Of a stretch of 64,000 nt of DNA, positions 27,142 to 40,759 are shown piece after piece. Source of the DNA: Octopus vulgaris (lineage: Eukaryota). The DNA lies in assembly GCA_951406725.2 (NCBI GenBank), contig OX597837.1, forward strand, positions 25,234,001 through 25,298,000. Direction: 5' to 3'. The notes under the pieces were generated by a model, which ran no database searches, had not been told where the DNA came from, and saw only the letters and a program-made list of their open reading frames with translations. Numbering within the stretch: position 1 is the first letter of the stretch; every line of letters starts with the position of its first letter. A program made the translations under genes and the position numbers.

Positions 27142-28721
27142 CAAAGAGTGTGTGATTGAAACTCATTAATTTAATAATTGAAAACAGTATAGTAAACATT
27201 CTAGAGTTCATCCCATCAATAATTAATATTTTATGTGTCTTCCTTTTGCTTTTATAACCACGTTTATGTATTTTTGCATACTTGAGAGTAATTTGGCGCA
27301 AGTGGCTGGGTCAATTTTCTGCCACTCCTTGTGTGACACTAATGTTTTTTCCTAATTTTTCTGTGAATATTTTATCGATAACTTATTAGCGATTAATATT
27401 TGTTGAAAATGTCTCTGAAGAAATAGATTTCTGAAGCTCAAAGGGCTCAAATCCTTGCATTATTCAGTGAAGGATTCTCCCAAACTGAAAATGGAGCTGT
27501 TTATGTTCACTGTAGACTTGGGAAAGTTTATCATCCTGTATGTGTAGTCCCAACAATCAAATTTGGAAGAGGTTGCATAATGGTTTGGGGCTGCATGTTG
27601 TCTTCAGGCCCAGGAATATTGTTCACTTGTGAGAGAAGAAAAGGTGTCCATCAAAAGGTACGATGAGACCAATTCTCTCAAAAACTGTAAAAGACGAGGT
27701 TGCAAAAAGTGTACAACAAGGGAAGACAGGTTGCTGAAGAGGACATCTCTGATGAATAGGAAAAAGACTTCTTTTGACATAGCTGGTGAGTTTCGGGTGG
27801 CAACAAACAAGGACGTATCAACTTGTATAGCGAGAAGAAGGTTATCGGAAGCTGGGCTCAAAAGATGTAAGGCAAGAAAGAAACCGTTGTTGTCTGAGGT
27901 GAACACAAAGCGAATGTCTTGGGCAAAAGAGCATGAAAATTGGACTGATGATGATTGGGCCAAAGTTGTTTAGTCTGATGAAGTGACTTTGATGTAGGTT
28001 CTCCACATTCATTTCCATCACTTTACAAGGCATAATTGAAATTCTTATAATTGTACAAATTTTTTTTTGTTACCAAAAATAATCAGTAATTTTGTTTTTC
28101 TCCTCAGATCATTGGAGTCCCTGGAGCTGTTTATGTTCACCATAGACTTGGGAAAGTTTATCCTCCTATATGTGTAGTCCCAACAATTAAATTTGGAGGG
28201 GGCAGCATAATGTTTGGGACTGCATGTTGACTTCAGGTCCAGGAATAGGGTTAGGAATTCTAGCACTTACACCAGCATGTTAGAGCAAGTTTATCCACTT
28301 CCCTCCGCTAAAATTTTCAATGATAACATCCCTCCCAGATGGCGTAATCTTTCAACAAGACAACGCTCCAGAGTCCCAATGGTTTGGTTTGAGGAGAAAG
28401 TGTTGAGGGTGATGAAATAGGCCCCTCAGTCTCCAGATCTCATTCCCATTGAACATTTGAGGTGACATTTAGGTACAAGAGTGAGGATGCACAAATGTTC
28501 TTCAGAAAACAAATTAGAAGCCAAAATTAATGAAGAGTGGCAGAAAATTGAGTAAGCCACTTGCACCAGCTTAGTCACAAGTATGCAAAAATGCATAAAA
28601 GTGGTTTTAGAAGCAAAAGGAGGACACATCAAATACTAATTATTGATGGGATGGAGACTAGAATGTTTATTAAATTGTTGTCAATTATTAAGTAAATGAG
28701 TTTCAATCATATTCTCTTTTG
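27142..28721 (+). mobile_element. Degenerate Tc1-like DNA transposon
   Basis: Imperfect TIRs (CAAAGAGTGTGTGATTGAAACTCATT.. / ..AATGAGTTTCAATCATATTCTCTTT). Transposase remnants TTREDR, RRRLSEAGL, ARKKPLL, W..VV*SDE, PTIKFGGGSIM, FQQDNAP, PQSPDLIPIE and AKGGHIKY*. Confidence 0.85.
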
Positions 28722-29235
28722 GCCATTTCAAACTCTCACCAGCAACAAAGAACTTTTCTTCATGCACTATGATAGAAAATGTAAAAAAAACTCTTTTTCT
28801 TTCTCTCTATATTTTTTTCTTTCTCTTTTTAAAAAAAATCTCATTGTATCTAATTGTTAATATAGCTCAATAATGCTGAACTTCCCATCATGTATGTCTA
28901 TTATGAACTTCAGCAAACATTTAAACTCATATTGCTGTCGGTCTCTGTAAAACTCATTGGAGTTTTTATGAGCATTTGATTGTTTAAACATGTTTTTCTG
29001 AATTTTCCTTTGTAACTTTAAACACTCCTAAACCAGTTTTCTTATTTATCTTCTATTCTTAGCATTTATAAAGAAAGAAACCTCACAACCAGTTTGGTAT
29101 TTGAATAAGTCTATCACAAAATCCAAAAACAACTACATGTTTTGAGATTCAGGGGCATTTTCACCCTTTTTAAAAAAAAAATTCTCCTATATTTTTTCCT
29201 GCGTGGAAATATACTTCTTCTCTCCATAAGTGTGT

Positions 29236-29286
<51 letters not shown>

Positions 29287-30308
29287 ACAGTGGTTGTTGT
29301 TGCAGGGTGTGCGACTGTGATAAACTAAACTCTTTACCCTGCTATACATGTAAACATAAAAACTTCAGACTGTTTCTATATTTCAAACAACTTCAACATG
29401 ACCTCAGCTAAGTGTTGAGTGTGTATATTAACAGATTTAAATAAAGATTACTGTCATGACACTTCCATAACACGAAAGCATAAAGAGAAGAATTCTTATA
29501 AAGAATATTTACTACTTTTAGTGAATAAAAGGGGCTCACTTAGCATACCGAGAATATATACTCCTGCAAAATATACACAGAGCTAAAAAATATGTTTATT
29601 TATGCATAGAATAAATAGTCTAAGGATTCAAAGATTGAGTCTGTCTTCCTGGTGTCTAAATTTATCAAGTTGTCAAGGAAAGCACTTGACAGTTTTTTGA
29701 TCAAGACAAAAGATGCTTCTGAGTTCTTGGTACTGCATTTTACCAATAGCTTTATATAGGAGTGACTGTGTAGTAAGTAGCTTGCTTACCAACCACACGG
29801 TTCCGGGTTCAGTCCCACTGCGTGGCATCTTGGGCAAGTGTCTTCTGCTATAGCCCCGGGCTGACTAATGCCTTGTGAGTGGATTTGGTAGACGGAAACT
29901 GAAAGAAGCCCGTCGTATATATGTATGTGTATATATGTGTGTGTGTGTGTTTGTGTGTCTGTGTTTGTCCCCCTAGCATTGCTTGACAACTGATGCTGGT
30001 GTGTTTACGTCCCCGTCACTTAGCAGTTTGGCAAAAGAGACCGATAGAATAAGTACTGGGCTTACAAAGAATAAGTCCCGGGGTCGATTTGCTCGACTAA
30101 AGGCGGAGCACCAGCATGGCCACAGTCAAAATGACTGAAACAAGTATTAAAAAAAAAAAAGAAGCTGTGTGGTTAGAAGCTTACTGCTTAGCTACATGGT
30201 TCCAGGTTCAGTCCCACTGTATGGCACCTTGGGGAAGTGTCTTCTACTATAGCCTAGGACCGACCAAAGCCTTATGAGTAGATTTGGTAGAGGGAAACTG
30301 AAAGAAGC

Positions 30309-30359
<51 letters not shown>

Positions 30360-30943
30360 GTATATATAGTTGCAAGTCTGGCCCATTTAAGAATACTCTT
30401 GATGCAATGGGGTGATATGATATACTTGGGAAGACCTGTTGAGTCAAGTAAAACCAAAATCATAGCTGTGGCCAGTGCCCCTGACTGGATCCTGTGCCAG
30501 TGGCACGTAAAAAGCACTATCCATGTTGTATAGCCAGCTGGAGATGATGTCTCCTGGGGCTAAATTACAGCAACATTAGTCCTAAACCAGGACTGCCATG
30601 TTATGTTGGCAAACAATCTTTACTATCAATATACTTATACTTAAAAATTCATCATTTGAAAGTCTCTACCTTTTGTATGTATACATACATACATACCTAT
30701 AAATATACACATACATACATATGTATATACATACATATATACATACATTACTATAACTTAAGATTTAATAATTATAGCAGTGCGAGTAATAGTAATCGTA
30801 ACGAAGGCAATAGTAGTAGTAATGCTGTAACGAGTAATAATAACATGGATAGTATTCATGGGATTAGTAATAATAATAATAATGTAAAATATAACATGCC
30901 GATGGCTATGGGAATAATAAGTGATAATGATAATAATATTATT

Positions 30944-31635
30944 AATAATAATAATGTTGCTAAGAATACAGCAGCAAGTAATCATACCAAATCCACTCAC
31001 AAGGCTTTGGTGGGCCCGAGGATACAGTAGAAGACACTTGCCCAAGGTGCCACGCAGTGGGACTGAGCCCGGAACCATGTGGTTGGTAAGCAAGCTACTT
31101 ACCACACAGCCACTCCTGCACCTATTGAGAAGGTAACTTTATTTTATTTTAAGGTCAAACCCAGTGGAATTTGAACTCAGAAAGTGAAGATGGATGAAAT
31201 GCCACTAAGCATTTTGTCCAGTTTGCTAACAAATAATACAAACATTAATGGTTGATATATTGGCTTCAAATTTTGGCACAAGGCCAGCAATAATAATAAT
31301 GTTGCTAAGAATACAGCAGCAAGTAATCATACCAAATCCACTCACAAGGCTTTGGTGGGCCCGAGGATACAGTAGAAGACACTTGCCCAAGGTGCCACGC
31401 AGTGGGACTGAGCCCGGAACCATGTGGTTGGTAAGCAAGCTACTTACCACACAGCCACTCCTGCACCTATTGAGAAGGTAACTTTATTTTATTTTAAGGT
31501 CAAACCCAGTGGAATTTGAACTCAGAAAGTGAAGATGGATGAAATGCCACTAAGCATTTTGTCCAGTTTGCTAACAAATAATACAAACATTAATGGTTGA
31601 TATATTGGCTTCAAATTTTGGCACAAGGCCAGCAA
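30944..31635. repeat. 345-bp perfect tandem duplication
   Basis: 30944-31288 is repeated at 31289-31633 with AA microhomology; no differences seen by eye. Confidence 0.9.
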
Positions 31636-32396
31636 GTTTAGGGAGAGGTTAAGTTGAATACATCGACACCAGTGCTCTACTGGTACTTATTTTATCAACC
31701 CCAAAAGGGTGAAAGGCAAGGTTGACCTTGGTGGAGTTTGAACCCAGAATGTGGAGATGGACAGAATGCTACTAAGCATTACATACAAATATTTTTAAGC
31801 ATGCAAATATTATTAGTTGAAATATCACAAATATTTTTCACTGGTCTGTGACAAATATACATTTTTAATTGATAAGTGGCCGTTTGCCAGCCCCGTCTGG
31901 CACCTGTGCCAGTGGCACGTAAAAAGCACCCACTACACTCACGGAGTGGTTGGCATTAGGAAGGGCATCCAGCTGTAGAAACATTGCCAGAACAGATTGG
32001 AGCCTGGTGCAGCCTTCTGGCTTCCCAGACCCCAGTTGAACCGTCCAACCCATGCTAGCATGGAAAGCGGACGCTAAATGATGATGATGATGATGAAGTT
32101 ACAAATATTCTTAGATAACCATTTGTTTTAAGAATCCACTAAATAAAAGAATGAACTCAACAAAAATCATAATAAAGAGAAATGAACTAATGAATTTTAC
32201 TAATGAAATTTACTAATGAGGCGCAGGAGTGGCTGTGTGGTAAGTAGCTTGCTAACCAACCACATGGTTCCGGGTTCAGTCCCACTGCGTGGCATCTTGG
32301 GCAAGTGTCTTCTGCTATAGCCCCGGGCCGACCAATGCCTTGTGAGTGGATTTGGTAGACGGAAACTGAAAGAAGCCTGTCATATATATGTATATA

Positions 32397-32453
<57 letters not shown>

Positions 32454-33874
32454 ATGTGTTTGTGTTTGTCCCCCTAGCATTGCTTGACAACCGATGCTGG
32501 TGTGTTTACGTCCCCGTCACTTAGCGGTTCGGTAAAAGAGATCGATAGAATAAGTACTGGGCTTACAAAGAATAAGTCCCGGGGCCGATTTGCTCAACTA
32601 AAGGCGGTGCTCCAGCATGGCCGCAGTCAAATGACTGAAACAAGTAAAAGAGTAAAAAGAGTAAAGAGTAATGAACTATTGCTTCTATACAGACACTAAC
32701 TTTCTATATGGCAACAGCAGTAAATGCTATCCATGAAGGTGAGGCAGAGAGGAAGATGATTCAGAGAAGAAAGAAATTTGTCTCATCTTTGATAACGTCG
32801 ATAATGTCTGCATATACAACAGACCCAGGCTTTCCCATCTGAACAAGTTTGGCAATTCATCAAAAACAATGGCACATTACACAGCACACCATTGAATTAG
32901 TAATTAATCCCAATGCTGCCAGAAACTTAACAATCATCTCACCACCACCGCCGCCGCCATCACCATCATCATCAACATTTAATGTCTGATTTCCATACTG
33001 GCATGAGTTAGATGATTTGACAGGAACTGGCAAGTCCAGGGGCCTCACCAGGTGCCATAGTCTGTTTTTGCTTGGTTTCTACAGTTGGATGCCCTTCCTA
33101 ATGCCAACCACTTTACAGAGGGTACTGGGTGCTTTTCATGTAGCACCATCACCAGTGCTTTTCACATGGTACCAACACCAGTGCTTTTTATGTAGCACTC
33201 ACCCACACCAATGCTCTTTACGTGGTACCTTGGTTTTTAGGATCTTCTGAATACCAAATGACATTATATAAGTATCCTGATCATCATCATCATCAAGCTA
33301 CTGTGCATTATGGTCCCGAGTCGTAGGACTCATACAGCCAATTACCTGATTTTCATGGTGTGTAGGTGACCGGGATCACAAAATTTCCTCTGAACAGGAT
33401 GCCAGTCAGTCACAGGGTTGCTTACAGCTGAGTGGACTGGAGCAACGTGAAATGAAGTGTTTTACTGAACAAGACAATGCACCACCTTGTTCAGGAATTG
33501 AAACCATAACCTTATGATTGTAAGCAGAATACCCTAACCACGAGGTCAAGTGACTTCACTATTACATAAATATCCCATAGGGAGAAATTCCTTTCATGTA
33601 GATTACCAGTGTTAATTACCTCCTCTGTGATTCTCAATTGCCATTTAAAAGGGTCAACTACTTCAATTATGTTATTGCTAATTATGTCCCCTGCAATTCT
33701 TAATTGCCATTTAAACGAGTCAAGTACTTCAATTATATTATCAGTGCTAATTATGTCCTCTGTGATTCTCAATTGCTGTCTAAAAGGTTCAACCACTTCA
33801 AATACATAAATAAGTTTGAAAACAACAAAAAAAATATTCAGTTTGAAACCAGAAACATTTAATTTTATTACTGA

Positions 33875-34249
33875 CTAGCAGTATCGCCCGGCGTTGCTCG
33901 GGTTTGTAAGGGAAATAACTATAAAGCATTTTTAGAGAGTTATAGCCAAAAAATGGAAAAAAAAAATGATGGTAAATTTTTTTTTTTAGTTAAAAAGGTC
34001 GAGTTGCGTCCCCTAGACAGTCTGTGGTTTGTGTTTCTGATTCTTGACCCCATGTCGAATTTATCGATTTTTTTCAGAACTGGGGGAACTTTTCAAAATT
34101 TTCGCTGCGTTAGTTTTGAATTATGACATTGGGCTATGTGTGTGTCAAGTTTCATCAGAATCGGTTGAAAGCCGTGGTCAGGGTGAGGATACAACCTAAC
34201 AGACACACAGAAACACACACAGACAAACTGCCGTTTATATATAGAGAGA
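33875..34249 (-). mobile_element. Non-autonomous Helitron-like element
   Basis: Minus strand A|TCTCTCTATATATAAACGGC ... CCCGAGCAACGCCGGGCGATACTGCTAG|T. Confidence 0.75.
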
Positions 34250-35864
34250 TTTTCAATCAGTGATTAAAGTGACTTTTACTGACTTCAATCTGTTTATGGA
34301 TTATTTGCAACAAAAGGGAGACGTCTTAAAAAATATTCTACCAACAAATATTTGCAGTTGATGCATTACACACAAAAATGAAACATAGGCGCAGGAGTGG
34401 CTGTGTGGTAAGTAGCTTGCTTACCAACCATATGGTTCCGGGTTCAGTCCCACTGCGTGGCATCTTGGGCAAGTGTCTTCTGCTATAGCCCCGGGCCGAC
34501 CAATGCCTTGTGAGTGGATTTGGTAGACGGAAACTGAAAGAAGCCTGTCATATATATGTATATATATATATGCATGTGTATGTGTTTGTGTGTCTGTGTT
34601 TGTCTCCCTAGCATTGCTTGACAACCGATGCTGGTGTGTTTACGTCCCCGTCACTTAGCGGTTCGGCAAAACAGACCAATATAATAAGTACTGGGCTTAC
34701 AAAGAATAAGTCCCGGGGTCGATTTGCTCGACTAAAGGCAGTGCTCCAGCATGGCCACAGTCAAAAAAAAAAAATGACAAACGAGTAAAAGAGTATGTGT
34801 CTTTTGGGTTTAGCTACAGTTTTTGGTAGCACTAGAATCCTCCTATTGTTTTTTAGATATGAAAACAAAAAAAACCTTTAGGCCCCCCCCACACTACTAG
34901 CTCCAATATTGAATGTTTCTAACAGTTTAAATAATTATGCAAAAATTCTAAGACAACAACAAACCACATACAAAAGCTACAGGTGGTCCCTCTATTCTCT
35001 GAACCTACCCATAAAATTAACAGTTGAAAAAGAAAAAAAGACAGGGTGGTCATGACCGGAATGGTGTGATCAAGACTGAACTAGGATTAAACAACAACAG
35101 CTAAACATTTTGGGAGCTGCAGGCTATCTGTAGCAGAGTGGGGTTACATAGAAAACAATGGAGTGATAATAATCTTGAAACTTTTCTGTTATCTCTCCTG
35201 TTCTGTCAACAGCATGGTACTATATTTACAAAGCAGGCAATGGCATTTCAAATAGATTAAAATTGCAGACTGAATGTTTAGTTACCAAATTGTGTTTGAT
35301 ACTTAGAGAATCTACATATATATGTGAACAAGTGTCTCTATGTAAACATGTATACTCTTTTACTCTTTTACTTGTTTCAGTCATTTGACTGTGGCCATGC
35401 TGGAGCACCGCCTTTAGTCGAGCAAATCAACCACGGGACTTATTCTTTTGTAAGCCAAGTACTTATTCTATCGGTCTCTTTTGCCAAACTGCTAAGTAAC
35501 GGGGGACGTAAACACACCAGCATCGGTTGTCAAGCAGTGCTAGGGGGACAAACACAGACACACATACATATATATATACATATATACGATAGGCTTCTTT
35601 CAGTTTCCGTCTACCAAATCCACTCACAAGGCTTTGGTCGGCCCGAGGCTATAGTAGAAGACACTTGCCCAAGGTGCCACGCAGTGGGACTGAACCTGGG
35701 TCCATGTGGTTGGTAAACAAGCTACTTACCACACAGCCACTCCTGCACCCATGTATATGTATATATTATATATATATATATTATACTGGCAGAGGCACCC
35801 AACATTGCCTGGGAATGAAATTTTTCCTTACATATTGGAGGAATAACAATAAAAATTAAAATAA

Positions 35865-36600
35865 TCTCTCTATATATAAACGGCAAAATGTCTGTGTGCG
35901 TGTCCTTTATACAAATTCACAATTTTTCAGTTAGAGGGCTCGCACTTTCTATGGTCATTTAAAACCGTCCAAGGGTGGTCGTGCACATCTTTACATTTCC
36001 CCAGTCACCCCACAAATCTCTCTATATATAAACGGCAAAATGTCTGTGTGCGTGTCCTTTATACAAATTCACAATTTTTCAGTTAGAGGGCTCGCACTTT
36101 CTATGGTCATTTAAAACCGTCCAAGGGTGGTCGTGCACATCTTTACATTTCCCCAGTCACCCCGCAAATCTCTCTCTGTGAATTTGTATAAAGGACACGC
36201 ACACAGACATTTTGCCGTTTATATAAACGGCAAAATGTCTGTGTGCGTGTCCTTTATACAAATTCACAATTTTTCAGTTAGAGGGCTCGCACTTTCTATG
36301 GTCATTTAAAACCGTCCAAGGGTGGTCGTGCACATCTTTACATTTCCCCAGTCACCCCGCAAAGCCATTAAAAAATTAATAGAAGTGACTTTTTTGTGAA
36401 TTTTCTATCCAAAATCCAATCAAAATGCCTGAAACTTGATACGCCAATTGAATGCCAGCTGGCTGTATGTGATTGGTCGGAGATTTGGACAGTACTCGCA
36501 TGTATGTGCGCAGGCACGCAGCTGTATATGCATGCACTAGTGCTAGTAATAATAATAAATGAAAATACAATGTTTACCACTTTTATGAAAGGAAATAAAT
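35865..36600 (+). mobile_element. Helitron-like 5' ends in tandem (152-bp unit x3) with an internal palindrome
   Basis: Units start TCTCTC at 35865, 36017 and 36169; perfect 92-bp palindrome at 36177-36268. The right boundary is approximate. Confidence 0.65.
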
Positions 36601-37030
36601 TCTATCACATATACTCTTTTACTTGTTTCAGTCATTTGACTGTGGCCATGCTGGAGCACCACCTTTAGTCGAGCAAATCGACCCCGGGACTTATTCTTTG
36701 TAAGCCCAGTACTTATTCTATCAGTCTCTTTTGCCAAACCGCTAAGTGACGGGGACATAAACACACCAGCATTGGTTGTCAAGCAATGCTAGGGGGACAA
36801 ACACAGATGCACAAACACACACACACACACATATATATATATACATATATACGACGGGCTTCTTTCAGTTTCCGTCTACCAAATCCACTCACAAGGCATT
36901 AGTCAGCCTGGGGCTATAGCAGAAGACACTTGCCCAAGATGTCATGCAGTGGGACTGAACCCAGAACCATGTGGTTGGTAAACAAGCTACTTACCACACA
37001 GCCACTCCTGCACCTATATGTTGAAGGAAA

Positions 37031-37428
37031 TTATGTAAGAGCTTCTGGATAAACAACATCCTTTGTTTTCTGGTTTGGAACAGAGACAAATAAGTCTTGC
37101 AAACTACCAACCCTGGAGCAACCAACAAAGTTGACCACAAGACAATCAAGCATGCAGATTTCAAAGACTGACCTTGAGCTGTGTTGATAGACATTACAAA
37201 GGAAAGTTGCACTGGAATTGTGTTTGTTTGAACACAAAAGGGCATGTCTGTTGGTTTGATTGGAATTCTTGGAATGAAAACCTCTTCCCCAGAGGCACAT
37301 CCAGTGATGATGGTAGATTCTGTCACATTAGGTGATAATGTCTTTACAATCAACTTGGTCCCATTGCATAATTTAGGAGGATCTGAATTTCTTAGAAACA
37401 TTATTGGGACTCTTACCTTCAGAAAAAG
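37031..37428 (-). pseudogene. Helitron Pif1-type helicase relic, downstream part
   Basis: KLFLKVRVPIMFLRNSDPPKLCNGTKLIV...IPRIPIKPTDMPF...SINTAQGQSL...CSRVG...VVYPEAL*, frameshifted. Confidence 0.85.
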
Positions 37429-37429
37429 T

Positions 37430-39438
37430 TTATTATTATTATTATTATTCTATGTTTGACTTTTGCTTTATATTTGTACAAGTTGGCTCCAAGTCTCACC
37501 CAGAGACCTCAAGAGACAACAGGGTTGGAAGTTCATGTTGTTGTTATGCCTAGTGTGCCATATATTTGGGGGGTGGGGATGTTGTACTAATGAATGTCTA
37601 AAAAGAAAAAAAAAGGTTTTTTTTTTTTTTTTTTTTTTTTTAAACCGAAAATTATGTTTGTTTTAAACCTTGAGATTACATAGAGAGTATTTTGCGTAGG
37701 ATATGAGCAGTTCCCATGAGCACTATCTTTTGAACTTCTGCCATTTTTGGGTTTCCTGGTATCTGAGTTAGGTAGCTATCAGCCCCTTTTGCTATCATTC
37801 CCAGGGCACCTATGACAACAGGTATTGTTTTAGTCTTCAGCTTCCACATTTTGCTGATTTCTATTTCAAGATCTTTATATTTGCTCAGTTTTTGGTAGGT
37901 CTTGACAGATACGTTTATATCGATTGGGACAGTCATATCAATGAGGAGGCATGTTCTTTGTTTGAAGTTTTTCAATATGATGTCTGGCCTATTTGCATCT
38001 ATCTTCCTGTCAGTTTGAATGGTGAAGTTCCAGAGGAGTGAGATGTGGTCATTTTCAAGCACTGGGGGTGGTTTGTGTTCCCACCAGTTTTTTTCATGGG
38101 GCAAATCCAGGTTTTTACAGATTACCCAGTGAATATATTGTGCAGCTCTATCGTGCCTGTTGAGATACTCTGTAGGCGCTAGAAGACTGCACTTGGAGAC
38201 CACATGGTCAATGGTTTCATTTTGTTGCTTGCATACACGACACGTTGGACTGCTTCTGATCTTTAATATGTTGGCCTGGTAGTTTCTTGTTGGTAGGCAT
38301 TGATCTTGAGCTGCTATGATAAACCCCTCTGTTTCAGATTTTAAGCCAGAGGCCATTAGCCATTGATGGGTCAGGGCTTTGTCGATATCTGCATTATTCG
38401 CTCTCTTTGGGTATTTGCCATAGAGAGGTTTTTCTTGCCATTTATTATTCAGAATATCTAAGGCCGCAGTTTTGGCACGGGTTTTCATGCGCCTAGCTTT
38501 TTCTGTGCTTGTTTCTTGTATATCTATCTCTAATTCCGAAATTGGTTGTATTCGGAATTCACTTAGATATTCCTTTGCCTGTTTTGTGACTGAGTATGAT
38601 GCTTTCTTGTTTTCATGTTTTGAGACAAGTTTTAGCATCCAGTCCTCAGAGTTTTTCAGGTAGGTGTCTAGGCCAATTGTAGCAATCTTCATTGTTATTG
38701 CCAGTTGCAAAAGACCACGGCCTCCCTCTTTTCTTGGCAGATAGAGTCGTTCTGTATCTGCCTTAGGGTGGTGCATTCTATGCATTGTCAACAGTTTCCT
38801 TATTTTTCTGTCGAGCTGACATATTTCAGTAATTGACCAGTTAACAATATTGAAACTGTAAGTCACGACTGGTATAGCTAATGCATTGATTGCTTCGATC
38901 CTGTTTCTTGCATTCAGCTCTGTCTTGAGTATTGCTCTCACTCTTCGATAGCATTCTCTCCTGATCCTTTCCTTCATCTCTGAATGCCTTATTCCGTTCC
39001 CTTCAATTATCCCTAGGTACTTGTAGCTCTCCGCTGAATCTAGTTCTTTTATGACATTCTGTTGGTCAAGGTTAACATTAGATGTTTCTGTCATTTTTCC
39101 TTTGATAAAGGTAGCCTTTGCACATTTATCGAGGCCGAATTGCATTCTGATGTCGTCACTGAATTGTTTGACTATCGCTAGTAAGCCCTTGAGTTGTTGA
39201 TCATTTTTTGCAAAAAGCTTTAAATCATCCATGTAAACGAGATGATTTATATTTTTATCAAACATTTTATACCCGTACTGCGCGTCATTGAGCAGCTTTG
39301 AGAGAGGTATTAAGGATAAACAAAAGACGAGTGGTGACAGTGAGTCACCCTGGAAAATGCCACACGAAATTTTTACATCACCAGCATTTAGGGATTCACT
39401 GTCACTGTTCAGAGTTAGTGTGGTTCTCCATGATCTCA

Positions 39439-39439
<1 letters not shown>
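37430..39439 (-). mobile_element. 5'-truncated RT-RLE non-LTR retrotransposon (R4/Dong-like) with (TAA)n at both ends
   Basis: 3'UTR at 37675-37450 ends in (TAA)n at 37430-37449. The 5' end abuts an (AAT)n/GGT array at 39440-39696. Confidence 0.88.
37676..39439 (-). CDS. Reverse transcriptase (C-terminal part) + CCHC zinc knuckle + restriction-like endonuclease, 587 aa uninterrupted
   Basis: Motifs GIFQGDSLSP, HLVYMDDLKL, YKYLG, CRVCKQQNETIDHVVSKC, RHD, RPDII..IDMTVP, K..KY and IPVVIGALG. The N-terminal RT motifs are missing (5' truncation). Confidence 0.9.
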
Positions 39440-39474
<35 letters not shown>

Positions 39475-39592
39475 TACTACTACCATTATTATTATTATTA
39501 TTATTATTATTACTACCATTATTATTATTATTATTATTACCATTATTATTATTATTATTATTACCATTATTATTATTATTATTATTATTACC

Positions 39593-39624
<32 letters not shown>

Positions 39625-39663
39625 TATTATTATTATTACCATTATTATTATTATTATTATTAC

Positions 39664-39696
<33 letters not shown>
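39440..39696. repeat. (TAT)n microsatellite punctuated by ACC
   Basis: Direct reading; gives the poly-N/G stretch of the 730-aa ORF. Confidence 0.95.
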
Positions 39697-39925
39697 CAGG
39701 TGGCTCAACAGAATTGAGGAACTCTGTTGGGTAATGGACAGCTTGATTTTCATAAAGGACTGAATCAACTGATTTGTACTTCTTAATGACTGTTGGAATC
39801 TTATTCATTAATTCATGGTTAATCCTTGCTACTGTCTCATTTTTGGGGATTAAGAATTGCCCTTTCACACAACCATTTATGTCAATTATAATTATTACTT
39901 AAGTCTGGCAATAACCTGTCCTTTT
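39697..39925 (-). pseudogene. Helitron Pif1-type helicase relic, upstream part
   Basis: WLCERAIL/PKNETVARINHELMNKIP...YKSVDSV...HYPTEFLNSVEPP with a frameshift and a stop. Confidence 0.8.
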
Positions 39926-40114
39926 GTCTGTTTGTCCCCCCACCATCACTTGACAACCAATGCTGGTGCGTTTACATCCCCGTAACTTAGTGGTTCGGCA
40001 AAGAGGGCGATAGAATAAGTACTAGGCTTACAAAGAGTAAGCTCTGGGGTCGATATGTTTGACTGAAGGCGGTGCTCCAGCATGGCCACACTCAACTGAC
40101 TGAAACAAATAAAA

Positions 40115-40155
<41 letters not shown>

Positions 40156-40237
40156 GTATATATATTATATATATATGTAGGTGTGGCTGTGTGGTAAGCA
40201 GCCTCAAATCGAAGGCCTTGTGCCTATAGTAGAAAGG

Positions 40238-40284
<47 letters not shown>

Positions 40285-40588
40285 GGCAATGAGCTAGAAG
40301 AATCATTATTGTAATAGTGGCATTACATCTGTCTTTATGCTCTAAGTTCAAATTCTGCCAAGGTTGACTTTCTTCCTTTCAGGGTCGATAGAATAAGTAC
40401 CAGCTGAGTGCTGGTCTCGATGTAATCAACTTACCCACTCCATGAAAATTGCTGACCTTGTGGCAAAATTTGAAATTATCATTGTTTGTTCATCTCATCT
40501 AACATAATTATTTAATACACAATTAACTTAAAAAATTAATAAGTGATGCTATATATATATTATAATGTATGTATGTGTGTGTGTGTGT

Positions 40589-40759
40589 ATATATATATAC
40601 ACATATATAAGTTCATTAAAATTTAGATTCAGATGAATATGGTACTTAAGTTAAAGGCACGACAAATTAGTATGGTATTATCCATATAATTCAAAATGGG
40701 GTGATTATAATCAAAAAATAACAAGGATATCCAGCTGGATATCCTTGATGCTTATTTTG

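Noticed and set aside
29540-29563. 24-nt AG..GT segment with in-frame TAA as an MGAT5 poison micro-exon
   Set aside because: Weak polypyrimidine tract; such matches are expected by chance in a 26-kb intron, and transcript data would be needed.
30656-31030. Asn-rich 124-aa ORF
   Set aside because: A decayed (AAT)n-like tract running into a SINE; no recognisable domain.
37676-39868. 730-aa ORF as a genuine host or novel fusion gene
   Set aside because: It is a fortuitous join of a frameshifted Helitron helicase fragment, a microsatellite and a 5'-truncated LINE. The start is a GTG in decayed sequence.
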